The notes: generated from the sequence alone by a model not told the origin. Positions 39,795 to 49,086 are shown, counted from the stretch's first letter. The stretch is 64,000 bases of DNA from an uncultured Spirochaetota bacterium (GCA_963820525.1 CAWGAA010000001.1:2767465-2831464); one strand, 5' to 3'. Translations and numbers: made by a program.

Positions 39795-41102
39795 ATGCTT
39801 GAGCTTTCTATTGAGACTGCTAGAAGGATCATAAGCCATCTAAAATCGGGAACTACTCCTATCGATTGTGTTCAACATCTCAACGTTGGCAACGAGAAGT
39901 GGTATTCTGCTGCAGAACGGCAACTTAAGGATATTTCAGTTGATGGGGATTCTTTGGTTAGATTCATAAACGGCTATTACGGCGACGGTAAGACGCACTT
40001 CCTTGGAATGCTAAGGGCGATAGCTTTTTCGAACAGGTGGGCGGTGTCTTATGTCTCAGCTGAGAACACTCCATTACACAAATTTGATGTCGTTTATTCT
40101 GAAATCATTCGGAACCTTAGCATTCCCCGTTCTTTGACACTTCCAGAATGGATTGCCAAAGAAGATTGTAGAGGTGCACCAGCAATACTTGGAGCGCTTT
40201 TCTTTCGCTTTTACTTTGAGGCATACAGATTATCAGACAACGCTGGCTTACGAAAAGAAAGAGTAATCGAAACTATTCGACATAGGGTAGCGACATTTTG
40301 TTCCCAACCGGATATCTCGGAGCCTCTCGGAGTCGCGATTAGGTACTATTTCGAGGCTATAATAAAGGGAGACTCCTCAACCGCTCATTCGCTTTGTGAA
40401 TGGCTTGAAGGAATGGATGCCCGCGTTGACGGATTGCCTGTTCTGAAGAGGATCGATAAGCTTCGATCCAGAGACGCAAGTCGGGGACTATCGATAATCA
40501 CCAAGGCCTCGGGCATCTCTGGAGTTCTTATACTGATCGATGAGGCCGAGCGGATCATGGAACAGTCCCGATCTATACGCAACAAGAGCTACGGTGTTCT
40601 TAGAGATCTCTTAGATAATGCGGATGACCATGGCGGAATGACCTCAACCATCTATTATGTTGCTGCTACCCCGGAAATGTTTGAAACTGCAAGCGGTTTT
40701 GCTGAATACGACGCACTACGTTCGCGGCTTTCTAACATCGCTATCGCCTATGCCCCCGACTTAATAGATTGGCGCGGTACTCTTGTTAACCTAGTGAAGA
40801 CCCCAATGAGTCCCGAGAACCTATCTTCTTTAGCGCGAAAAGTTATCGGAATCCACTCTATTGCCCGTCAATGGAATCCATCTTCTATCCTTTCTGAGGA
40901 CTTGATCGATAAGATTATTGAAAAGGTAGTTGCTGGCGTCTTTTCATCTTCCAAGCCTCGTATAGTAACCTCTTTCTTCGCTAATCTGCTTGAGCTTCTG
41001 GAACAGAATAGAGAATATCCGCTAAACGATGGTATCGAAAGCGTATTGTCCTACATAGTGCCAATCCTCAAGACGAAGCCAAAAGCAAAGTCTTGGGAAT
41101 AG
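39795..41102 (+). CDS. Island gene 7: P-loop NTPase, BrxC/BrxD (DUF2791)-like
   Basis: 435 aa. Walker A GYYGDGKT(H) at 39972..39995. Walker B VLILIDEAE at 40524..40550. Size and G-x-Y-G-x-GK-[ST]-H context recalled from BREX BrxD-type ATPases. Confidence 0.7.
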   Translation: MLELSIETARRIISHLKSGTTPIDCVQHLNVGNEKWYSAAERQLKDISVDGDSLVRFINGYYGDGKTHFLGMLRAIAFSNRWAVSYVSAENTPLHKFDVVYSEIIRNLSIPRSLTLPEWIAKEDCRGAPAILGALFFRFYFEAYRLSDNAGLRKERVIETIRHRVATFCSQPDISEPLGVAIRYYFEAIIKGDSSTAHSLCEWLEGMDARVDGLPVLKRIDKLRSRDASRGLSIITKASGISGVLILIDEAERIMEQSRSIRNKSYGVLRDLLDNADDHGGMTSTIYYVAATPEMFETASGFAEYDALRSRLSNIAIAYAPDLIDWRGTLVNLVKTPMSPENLSSLARKVIGIHSIARQWNPSSILSEDLIDKIIEKVVAGVFSSSKPRIVTSFFANLLELLEQNREYPLNDGIESVLSYIVPILKTKPKAKSWE

Positions 41103-41107
41103 ACCCA

Positions 41108-42235
41108 ATGATTTCAAACCAACTAAAGCTCAGGCGGAACATTCGCTACCTCAAGAGAGGCGTATTCCCGCCTGAAGACATTGAACAATTTACTTTTGGT
41201 CGCGAGCGTGAATTGGCTGTCATTCAGAAAAAGCTATCCGAAGTAAAGGATGGTTGCTGTAGATCTCTCTTTATTCAGGGCGTGTACGGACGAGGGAAAT
41301 CACATTTATTAAAGTCAATTGAGGCCTCAGGTCTACAGAGAGGATTTGCTGTGGCTTGGGTTACAATAGACGGATATGCGCATGCCTTCAATCACCCAAC
41401 TAGGTATCTGCATTCCATTTCGGAAAGCATTCGCTTTCCATCCAGTCCTTATCGAGGTCTTGCGGCCAACGCTCGTGCTTGGTTATCGGGCGACAAACGT
41501 GAGACCCTTCTTTCATATCTCAGAAGCTCTCGCAATACTTGGATGTCTTTTGCACTTCAATCAATTGCAAGAGATCATCCTTCGTTTCTCGAAAACCATT
41601 ACAACAGCATTATTGAGAGTCGAGACCTCTTGGGCAAGAACGGTAAACAATGGTTTGAGCTGGTCGTAGAACGGCTAGATGATATTAGCCGTTTATGTAA
41701 GCTTGTAGGACACGGCGGAGTCATTTACCTTTTTGATGAGATTGAATCAATCGCCACCCAATTGTCCACGATTAGGCAGAGGCTATTGTCCTATGAGTTT
41801 TTAAATATGCTTATCGATGAACGTCGACATGCCCATAGCTTTCTTGCATTCGCGGCTACCCCAGATTTTGGAAATAAGATATTGGAAGATGTAGCAGCTA
41901 TTTCAAACTATGAAGCTGATTATGCTGATGCATGCAGATTCATTAGGAAATGGATTTCTAACAGCGTAGACTGCATAAATATCAACAGGTTATCAAAAGA
42001 CTGTCTCTTCCTTCTCTGTGAGCATATTCGAACTATTCATGAGAAGGCGTATGAATGGAAATCAAACGGGGCAGTATCCTCGGAGAGCATTAGGACGTTG
42101 GTTAGCGAGTGTTTCGCAAAAAACCTTGGAACGAGAGAGATTGTCAGAACAGTCGTTCATCTTCTTGAGGTCCATGAGCAGCTCTCTCATACGCATTCTT
42201 CCAGTCATAGCAGACTGAACGACGAAATCAAATGA
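41108..42235 (+). CDS. Island gene 8: P-loop NTPase, BrxC/BrxD (DUF2791)-like paralogue
   Basis: Track start 41093 is TTG. The ATG at 41108 (MISNQLKL) lies 5 nt after the gene 7 stop. Walker A GVYGRGKS(H) at 41279..41302. Walker B VIYLFDEIE at 41720..41746. Confidence 0.7.
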   Translation: MISNQLKLRRNIRYLKRGVFPPEDIEQFTFGRERELAVIQKKLSEVKDGCCRSLFIQGVYGRGKSHLLKSIEASGLQRGFAVAWVTIDGYAHAFNHPTRYLHSISESIRFPSSPYRGLAANARAWLSGDKRETLLSYLRSSRNTWMSFALQSIARDHPSFLENHYNSIIESRDLLGKNGKQWFELVVERLDDISRLCKLVGHGGVIYLFDEIESIATQLSTIRQRLLSYEFLNMLIDERRHAHSFLAFAATPDFGNKILEDVAAISNYEADYADACRFIRKWISNSVDCININRLSKDCLFLLCEHIRTIHEKAYEWKSNGAVSSESIRTLVSECFAKNLGTREIVRTVVHLLEVHEQLSHTHSSSHSRLNDEIK

Positions 42236-42574
42236 AAGTTTGACCATTGTCTCAAGAAGTCTATTAAGATATTTGTGTCACTTATTGCTATCCGCATGCT
42301 CTTCGCTCAACTCCGCTTCGGCATCAGAAATTGTCAAGATAGACAAAGCTGCCGCTTTGCTTATGCTTCTGAGACTGACCTATATAAGAACCGTTTGAAT
42401 CTTGATGGTTTCTCAATCCCGAGGCATCCTCCTGGCTCCTTTTTCTGCCAGCCATACCTCTCAAACTCGCGCATGAGAGCACTGTAGCTGCATCGGAAAG
42501 AAGCGCGTGCGCATATGCCCGAAATGGAATTGCCTGAATTGAGATGCCGTATTTAGACTCGTTTATATGTCCCC

Positions 42575-44237
42575 TTACCCCTTCACCTCCAGTATCTCCT
42601 CAGGTATATGTGTAATAAGCTTCACCAGTTCCTCGAATCTAAAGTCAATGTCCATCACGGCATACATCTCCTTCTTGGAGTTGTAGATCGGCATCGCCGC
42701 CGTCATGATCAGCTTGTCCGTGTACTTGGAGAAAAAGAGATCCGAGTAATACGGCTCTCCGGTCTTCAGGACCGCGACAAACCAGTCATGCTTCCTGAAG
42801 TCCTTGTTCATGAGGTTTCTGAAAAGACTCTTCTCCCCGCGCTGGGTGTGCGCCTGGGAGATGCGCAGGCCCTCCAGGTTTGTCACGGCAAGAAGCTGGA
42901 TGGAGGCCTCCCGCGTCACCACGTCATGGAGGTAGCTCTCCATGCGCTCTGCATCCAGGGAGCGCACCTCCTCTGAGACGGAGATGTGCTGGGCGATGTG
43001 GCGGGCCTTTTCAATCGCGGCCTCTTTAGCTTTCTGGAAGTCGGAGACGAAAAGCGAGGGCAGGAAATGCTTTGCCTGCGCCACAAGCTCATCAGCGGAA
43101 ATGCTTGTGGTTCGGCCTTGGGCATACTGCTCAGTGACCCAGGCGTTGATGTGCTTGATGCCGGGGTGGCGCTTGACCACCGGCTCCATGGCCCTGCCCG
43201 TGAGCTGCGGGATGTTTTTGTTTATCCATTGCGCAATTCCCGCCATGCCGGATTTGTCCGTCACCATCACGCGGATGGGCCTGTTCAGAAGAGCCTCAGT
43301 ATCAAAAATGTTATAGATCTCCGGGTTCTTGAGGATGCCGTCCGCGTGGATGCCCGCGCGGGTCACGTTGAACTCGACCCCACAAAGGGATAGTTGGGTG
43401 CAACGGGAGCCTGGATCTCCGTCCGGAAATAGTCAGCAATCTCCGTGATGACACGGGTGTTCATGCCATCCGGCGTTCCCTTAAGCCCTATGTACTCCAC
43501 CACCGCGGCTTCAAGCGGCGGGTTTCCCGTGCGCTCGCCAAAGCCCAGCACCGTGGCGTTTAGCGCGGAACATCCGTACAGCCAGGCGGATGTGGCGTTC
43601 ACGTGCACCTTGTGAAAATCGTTGTGGCCGTGCCACTCCAGAAGCAGAAGCCGTAGATGTCCGCGCGCGTAATATCTTCAAAGTGACAGCGCGGCCGTAT
43701 GCCCTCCTCAAGCGCTGATTTCACAATGGCAAGGTAGTCTTCCATGACCTTGGCGCGGTTTGACTTGAACTTGAGAAACACGTGGTAGTCTGAGACAGAG
43801 GTGAGGATGCCCGTCTCCTTGAGGCCTAACCCCTTTACTATAGACAGATCCTTTGCGTCAGCGCAAATCCATCCCGTCACCTCGGGGAACGGGTGTCCCA
43901 GGGCAAGGCAGGCCTCTACCGCCTGCGCGTCCCGCTTGGAGTACAGGAAGAACTCGCTTTATCTGATCACGCCCTTGGGGCCGCCCAGCTTGTGGAGAAG
44001 CCCAAAGATGAGGGCAATCTGCTCCGGGGCATACGGCGGCCGGGCCTGCTGGCCGTACCGGAAAGTGGTGTCCGTTATCCAGATGTCCTTGGGAGGGTTC
44101 AAAGGCACTTCCAGGCCGTCAAAGAGGATGCGCGGGATATCGGAATAGGGGAATTGCTCCCGGTAGAGGTTGGGTTCCGCGGGAGATTCAAGGGGGAACG
44201 TGCGCCTGACAGGCAAAGGAGAGAAGGTGCTTTGCAT
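42575..44237 (-). pseudogene. Disrupted homocitrate/isopropylmalate-synthase-like (HMGL-type) gene with C-terminal Cache-like domain
   Basis: Four consecutive track ORFs (43959..44237, 43599..43880, 43363..43608, 42575..43366) form one protein. Motifs are TDTTFRYGQQ; HFEDITRADIYGF; HGHNDFHK; GERTGN; and GIHADGILKNPEIYN plus a Cache-like tail. First break: in-frame TAA at 43959..43961 (GVIR*SEFFLYSKRD). Second break: a frame-changing deletion between DIYGF and LEWHGHNDFHK near 43608..43640. Third break: a 1-nt deletion near 43371 (YPFVGS/EFNVTRAG). The start ATG and GGAGG SD are retained. Confidence 0.8.
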
Positions 44238-44382
44238 ACAGCCTCCAGCAAAGTTGAGATTTGTTAGCAGAAAATATGATTTATATCAATTTCGCAGACA
44301 TGAAAGTGACAAAAAATAGTTTTTATGTAAGTTTTAAGTAAGGGAAGTTGAAGGTTTTGCTAACCCTGATAGCGTTTGTTCT

Positions 44383-44814
44383 TCATGCTAGACCGCAAAA
44401 GCCTATCACTTTTTCAGCCAGCTCGCCCAAATCCTTCCGCGCCTCAGAAAGCGCATAGTCAAGGAACTCTGCCAGCGGATCTGTATCCCTCTCCCAGTAT
44501 GGCTCAACAAAAGAGATGCCATATTTCTTTACCAATCGGTCGAGAGCAACGGCGCAGACGAATACATCATCAATGTATCCCGCTGGGCCGTAGATCTTTT
44601 CCGGAAGCAGGTCGTTCGGTACAATCAAATAGCCCAGGACGCAGAGAATAGTCATTCTGTCTTCCGCTTGTAATTCCGGCCGGTCAAGGACGCCGGACAA
44701 AGCCTTGAAGATCGCGGGGAGGTAATAAATGTATTCCTTGATAGAACCGTGATAGGCGTTGATCTCCGTTTCCAGAAAATCGTGATAATCCTCAGGCATT
44801 TGTGCTTTTGCCAT
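44383..44814 (-). CDS. DUF1232 (YkvA-like) domain protein
   Basis: Track start 44820 is TTG. The ATG at 44814 follows AAGGAG with a 7-nt spacer. VPNDLLPEKIYGPAGYIDDVFVCAVAL resembles the DUF1232 core. Overlaps the helicase stop. Confidence 0.65.
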   Translation of the reverse strand: MAKAQMPEDYHDFLETEINAYHGSIKEYIYYLPAIFKALSGVLDRPELQAEDRMTILCVLGYLIVPNDLLPEKIYGPAGYIDDVFVCAVALDRLVKKYGISFVEPYWERDTDPLAEFLDYALSEARKDLGELAEKVIGFCGLA

Positions 44815-47590
44815 CGCCAAGCTCCTTGCAGATGAATTGATAATGGCATGCAGGACAGCGGGAGGGGTCTTTATTCAGTGGAAAAGATTTGGCTTTAAGA
44901 CCATCAGAGACTGAAGAGAGAAGACTTTTTGCTGTTCCATCATCATAATCGAAATCAATGCATTGACTGTCAAAAAAGGTGTATGTGGCCATTCGTTGGA
45001 TGGCGGTATCCACAAGACAGTGGCGGTAAATGCCAAGCTGGTCTTTGACGCCCGTTTCCTCAATGCCTTCACGTGTACGTGCCTTGAAATCAACCAGCGT
45101 GTTTTTGCCGGTATTATCCCGAGCCACCAGATCAACCTTCCCTCGGACAATCGTGGTGCCGTCGATGTGTACAAACGGCTTTTCGAAAGAGTGAATCTCG
45201 CGGAACTCTTTTACTGCAAAGGCAAGGTATTTAAGGGTGAGGCCAAGGTAGCTCTTCTTGAGCTTTTCATCAGATTCTTCGTCATAGATGGGGATCCATG
45301 ATCCGTTTATGAATCCCTGGATATCGCCCTTGGTCACTTTTTTACCATTTTTCAAGGCCCAGTTCACTTTCTGCAGAACATTGTGAATGATAACTCCTTG
45401 TCGCTGCATCGGTTCCGCAGAGGAAGCGAATCCATAGAAGTAATTGATCTTGTAGCGGAACGGGCAATCCCGGTAGGTATGGACGGCGCTGTAGCTCAGG
45501 GATGTCACGGAAAGCGGAGAAATGTAGGAGTTGTCCATCCGTATATCAGTGTCGATTTCCTCCGTGACATATCCCTTGATCATTTCGATAAAACGGGAGG
45601 GCCGCGCTTTTCTGACATTAATTTTCTCAGGAACTGTGATCATTAGGAGATCCTGGGCTCGAGTGATTGCCACATACAACAGCCTGAGTTCCTCCTCGAA
45701 ATGCCTTTTCTCATCAGCCGTTTTTATCTTCATGAGATTATCTGGGATCGGGATGCCGCAGACTGGTTCTTTTTCCCGATAGCGGAGAGGAAAATCTCCC
45801 TCGATCAACGAGCAGACGACCACGGCTGGGAACTCCAGGCCCTTTGCCTTGTGCACCGTCATGCATTTGGCCGCTTCCGTGCTTTCAACAAAGACCTGGT
45901 CCATTCCCTTGTCCATTGTCTTGTTGTAGAGCAGCCATAAAAGGTCTTTCGCGGACGGCCGTGAGAAACGCCGTTGGTAACCGTCAACAATCCTGGTAAG
46001 CTGGGCCAGGTTTAAAAGCTTCTCCTCATTTTCTGGGCAGGGATGATCGAAGAGCAGCGACAGATATCCGGAGAGCTTGAAGATTTCATACAGAGCGTCG
46101 AGCAAGCCGATCTCATTTTCTTCTATTCTTTTCTTGGCTAGATTCAGCTCTACCAGGACTCGGCTATCCTTGCGATTTCTGATGCCGAGCGCTGAAGCCT
46201 TTTTGTCTGAATTGATTGCGTTGAGGCTGGAGTTTCGCGGAAGGTTGCGGAGCACGTCCAGGGTCGTGCGCGAGAAAGAAATCACCTCATTGTCAAAAAG
46301 ATCGGGCCGCCACCAATCGCTCCAATCCTTGAATCGTGTTTCAGCTATCAAGCTTTGATGCAGATAGCTGAAGATGTTGATAACGTCCCGGATCTCCTTC
46401 CGCTCCAGAAAGCGGCCGTCGCTATCCGTGGCGAATGCCAGACCGTGTTCCTGCAAAGCCGCGGTAACATCGGTTGCCAGGCTTCTTTTTCGATAGAGAA
46501 AGGCGCAGTCGCCTATGGAAAGCTTTCCCTGTGCAATCTTTTTTTTCAAAAACAGAACAGCATTTTGAGCCACGGCTCTCCTGTTTTCCCCGTTGATGAG
46601 GATAATCTCATTTCCCTTGGAGCGATGGGCCTCAAGTTTTTCCTTGATTTTAGCTTCCAAGAGCTTGTTGGCAGTGTCAACGATGTTTTTTGTAGAACGA
46701 AAATTGGTGTTCAAAGTAAAAGACTTTGTCTCTGGATACCGGCAGGAGAATTGCGTGAAGCTTTCCCGCACTGCTCCCCGAAAACCGTAGATGCTCTGGT
46801 TTTCATCCCCAACGACAAAGATGTTTTTATGGTCCGAAACGATATGCCTGATGATTTCATTCTGTATGGGGTTGGTGTCCTGATATTCGTCCACGAGCAC
46901 AAAGCGGAACCGCTCCTGGACAGGCGTGCGGACGGCCCGAATATCTGAAAGCATTTTCAATGCGATGCTTTCAAGATGTGCAAAATCAACGAGTTTTTCC
47001 GCGCGTAATAATGCCACATACCTCTTATAGCTTTCGATAAGTGCCCTGCCATCCTCGGTTTCCACGCCCATCTTTTCTATCACAGCGGCTAATGCCTTTG
47101 GTTTAATGTCGTTTTCTGTGATGGTGTTATAGAGAAGGCATACCTGATCTTCTGGATTGCCTGCGAATCCTGCCGCTTTGCTGATGAGATTACGCCAGCC
47201 GTGTGGACCATTGAGACCCAGCCGGTATCTGTTTGCGATGATAAAAAGCTTCTGGTTCTCACTGTCAAGAATGTTGAAGGAGGCGCCAAAATCTTGAAAG
47301 ACGAAATGGTCTTCCATGATCGTCTTGCAGAGAGAGTGGATGGTTGAAACGTGAACTGCCTTCGCGTTTTCTCCTATTGAGAGAAAAAGGCGAGTGCTCA
47401 TCTCCTCCGCGGCCTTTTCCGTAAAGGTCACAGCCAGGATACTATTCGGTTGGGTTTTTTTCTCTTCTATGAGAAACTTTATCCGCTCAATCAGGACCCG
47501 GGTCTTGCCGGAACCCGGTCCGGCAATGACTATTGCGGGTCCCAAATAGTGGTGCGCTGCATCTCTTTGGCGGTCGGTGAGCTGGACCAT
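44792..47590 (-). CDS. UvrD/PcrA-type SF1 helicase fused to a C-terminal Cas4/AddB-like Fe-S PD-(D/E)XK nuclease
   Basis: 932 aa. Walker A AGPGSGKT (about 47501..47524). DEYQD at 46877..46891. Helicase motifs VGDENQSIYGFRGA and TVHKAKGLEF. C-terminal nuclease GKVDLV...LVDFK. Cys set RDCPFRY...CPACHYQFIC (C-x2-C-x5-C at 44828..44857). Confidence 0.85.
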   Translation of the reverse strand: MVQLTDRQRDAAHHYLGPAIVIAGPGSGKTRVLIERIKFLIEEKKTQPNSILAVTFTEKAAEEMSTRLFLSIGENAKAVHVSTIHSLCKTIMEDHFVFQDFGASFNILDSENQKLFIIANRYRLGLNGPHGWRNLISKAAGFAGNPEDQVCLLYNTITENDIKPKALAAVIEKMGVETEDGRALIESYKRYVALLRAEKLVDFAHLESIALKMLSDIRAVRTPVQERFRFVLVDEYQDTNPIQNEIIRHIVSDHKNIFVVGDENQSIYGFRGAVRESFTQFSCRYPETKSFTLNTNFRSTKNIVDTANKLLEAKIKEKLEAHRSKGNEIILINGENRRAVAQNAVLFLKKKIAQGKLSIGDCAFLYRKRSLATDVTAALQEHGLAFATDSDGRFLERKEIRDVINIFSYLHQSLIAETRFKDWSDWWRPDLFDNEVISFSRTTLDVLRNLPRNSSLNAINSDKKASALGIRNRKDSRVLVELNLAKKRIEENEIGLLDALYEIFKLSGYLSLLFDHPCPENEEKLLNLAQLTRIVDGYQRRFSRPSAKDLLWLLYNKTMDKGMDQVFVESTEAAKCMTVHKAKGLEFPAVVVCSLIEGDFPLRYREKEPVCGIPIPDNLMKIKTADEKRHFEEELRLLYVAITRAQDLLMITVPEKINVRKARPSRFIEMIKGYVTEEIDTDIRMDNSYISPLSVTSLSYSAVHTYRDCPFRYKINYFYGFASSAEPMQRQGVIIHNVLQKVNWALKNGKKVTKGDIQGFINGSWIPIYDEESDEKLKKSYLGLTLKYLAFAVKEFREIHSFEKPFVHIDGTTIVRGKVDLVARDNTGKNTLVDFKARTREGIEETGVKDQLGIYRHCLVDTAIQRMATYTFFDSQCIDFDYDDGTAKSLLSSVSDGLKAKSFPLNKDPSRCPACHYQFICKELGDGKSTNA

Positions 47591-47651
47591 TTTTTATTTA
47601 GAACTCAATCAGATTATAGGACTCAGGGATTGTTATTGCAAATGCCCTGGC

Positions 47652-47681
47652 TTGATTTCTGGCAAGCGGATGCCCTACAAT
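47652..47681 (+). promoter_or_regulatory. Possible sigma70-like promoter upstream of chrA
   Basis: TTGATT, an 18-nt spacer, then TACAAT. Hexamer match only. Confidence 0.2.
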
Positions 47682-47847
47682 CGGATCACTTTCCATCATG
47701 GGCGGCGCACTCCGTATCCCAATGCCAGACGATGCCTTTCAATCCAAATGCCCAGGCGAAGAGACCTGGGATCATTTTCGTTTTCCGGAGCCGGGCGGAC
47801 AACTATCTTTGAGAGGAAGCAGGTGTCGCGGGAGGAGGAGTGACGGC

Positions 47848-49086
47848 GTGAAGCGGAAAACGTGCGGCAAGTCCCATCTCCAAGGACGGTCTGTCGGAAC
47901 GCCGTGGGAGGTTCTGGGTGTCGCAGCCCGCCTTGGGATTACCTCATTCGGCGGACCCATCGCACACCTTGGATATTTCCATGAAGAATACGTTGTTCGA
48001 AGAAAGTGGATCGACGAGAAAAGCTACGCTGACCTTGTCGCTTTATGCCAGATGATCCCTGGCCCCGCCAGCAGCCAACTTGGCATTGCCATCGGAATCG
48101 AGCGCGCAGGCCTCTTGGGGGGCGTTGCGGCCTGGATTGGTTTCACCCTGCCGTCTGCTATTGCGCTGACCGGATTTGCGCTTCTGGTGCACGGATCGGT
48201 CGTCGGAACCGCCGGGTGGCTGCACGGCCTCCTTGTGGTTGCCGTGGCGGTTGTGGCCCAGGCCGTGTGGTCCATGTCCCGCACTTTGACTCCTGACGCG
48301 CCGCGGGCGTCAATCGCCTTCTCCGCCGCGATAGCGAGCATTCTTCTGCCTTCCTCTCTCACCCAGATTCTTCTGATTGTCGCGGGCGCAATTGTCGGGT
48401 TGATCCTCCTGAGAACGAACGCTGAAGACAAGCCCAACCTGCCGACAAGCATTGAGACGACCGGCCGCGTCGTTGCCATCGCGTGCCTGGCACTGTTTGT
48501 TCTCCTCCTGATCGGTCTCCCGGTCCTTCGCGCCGCAATACACTCGCAGTGGATCGCGCTTATCGACAGCTTCTATCGCAGCGGTTCGCTTGTCTTTGGT
48601 GGGGGACATGTGGTTCTGCCGCTTCTCCAGCGCGAAGTAGTGCCCACAGGATGGATTTCGAATGAAAGCTTCCTTGCAGGATATGGGGCAGCCCAAGCTG
48701 TGCCTGGTCCACTTTTTACTTTCTCGGCATACCTTGGGGTGCTTATGGCAACCGCGCCGAACGGCGTCCTTGGGGCTGTAGTGGCGTTGGCGGCCATCTA
48801 TCTGCCTTCTTTTTTGCTCATCAATGGACTGCTTCCATTCTGGAATACCCTCCGGAATCAGGGGGTTGTGCGGTCAGCTCTCTCCGGGGTGAATGCCGCC
48901 GTAGTTGGGATTCTTCTCGCTGCGCTTTATACCCCGATGTGGACCAGCGCAATCTTACGTCCTGCTGATTTTGCCATCGGTCTGGCAGCCTTCCTGCTCC
49001 TGACGATATGGAAAGTGCGACCCTGGATCATTGTTGTCGCAGGAGCCGTGGCGGGCGAAGCTCTTGAGCTTGCCCTGAAACTATAG
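47848..49086 (+). CDS. chrA: Chromate transporter (CHR family, two-domain)
   Basis: Track ORF 47698 is over-extended. The GTG at 47848 lies 7 nt after GGAGGAGGAG. GITSFGGPIAHLGYFHEEYV and LVFGGGHVVLPLL are the duplicated CHR motifs. Confidence 0.85.
   Translation: MKRKTCGKSHLQGRSVGTPWEVLGVAARLGITSFGGPIAHLGYFHEEYVVRRKWIDEKSYADLVALCQMIPGPASSQLGIAIGIERAGLLGGVAAWIGFTLPSAIALTGFALLVHGSVVGTAGWLHGLLVVAVAVVAQAVWSMSRTLTPDAPRASIAFSAAIASILLPSSLTQILLIVAGAIVGLILLRTNAEDKPNLPTSIETTGRVVAIACLALFVLLLIGLPVLRAAIHSQWIALIDSFYRSGSLVFGGGHVVLPLLQREVVPTGWISNESFLAGYGAAQAVPGPLFTFSAYLGVLMATAPNGVLGAVVALAAIYLPSFLLINGLLPFWNTLRNQGVVRSALSGVNAAVVGILLAALYTPMWTSAILRPADFAIGLAAFLLLTIWKVRPWIIVVAGAVAGEALELALKL

Noticed and set aside
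42236-42574. Spacer after the island operon, with short minus-strand reading frames (for example MREFERYGWQKKEPGGCLGIEKPS...), considered as a HicA-like or integrase remnant or an att site
   Set aside because: The fragments are shorter than 40 codons and show no diagnostic motif. No repeat matching the island's left edge could be found by eye.
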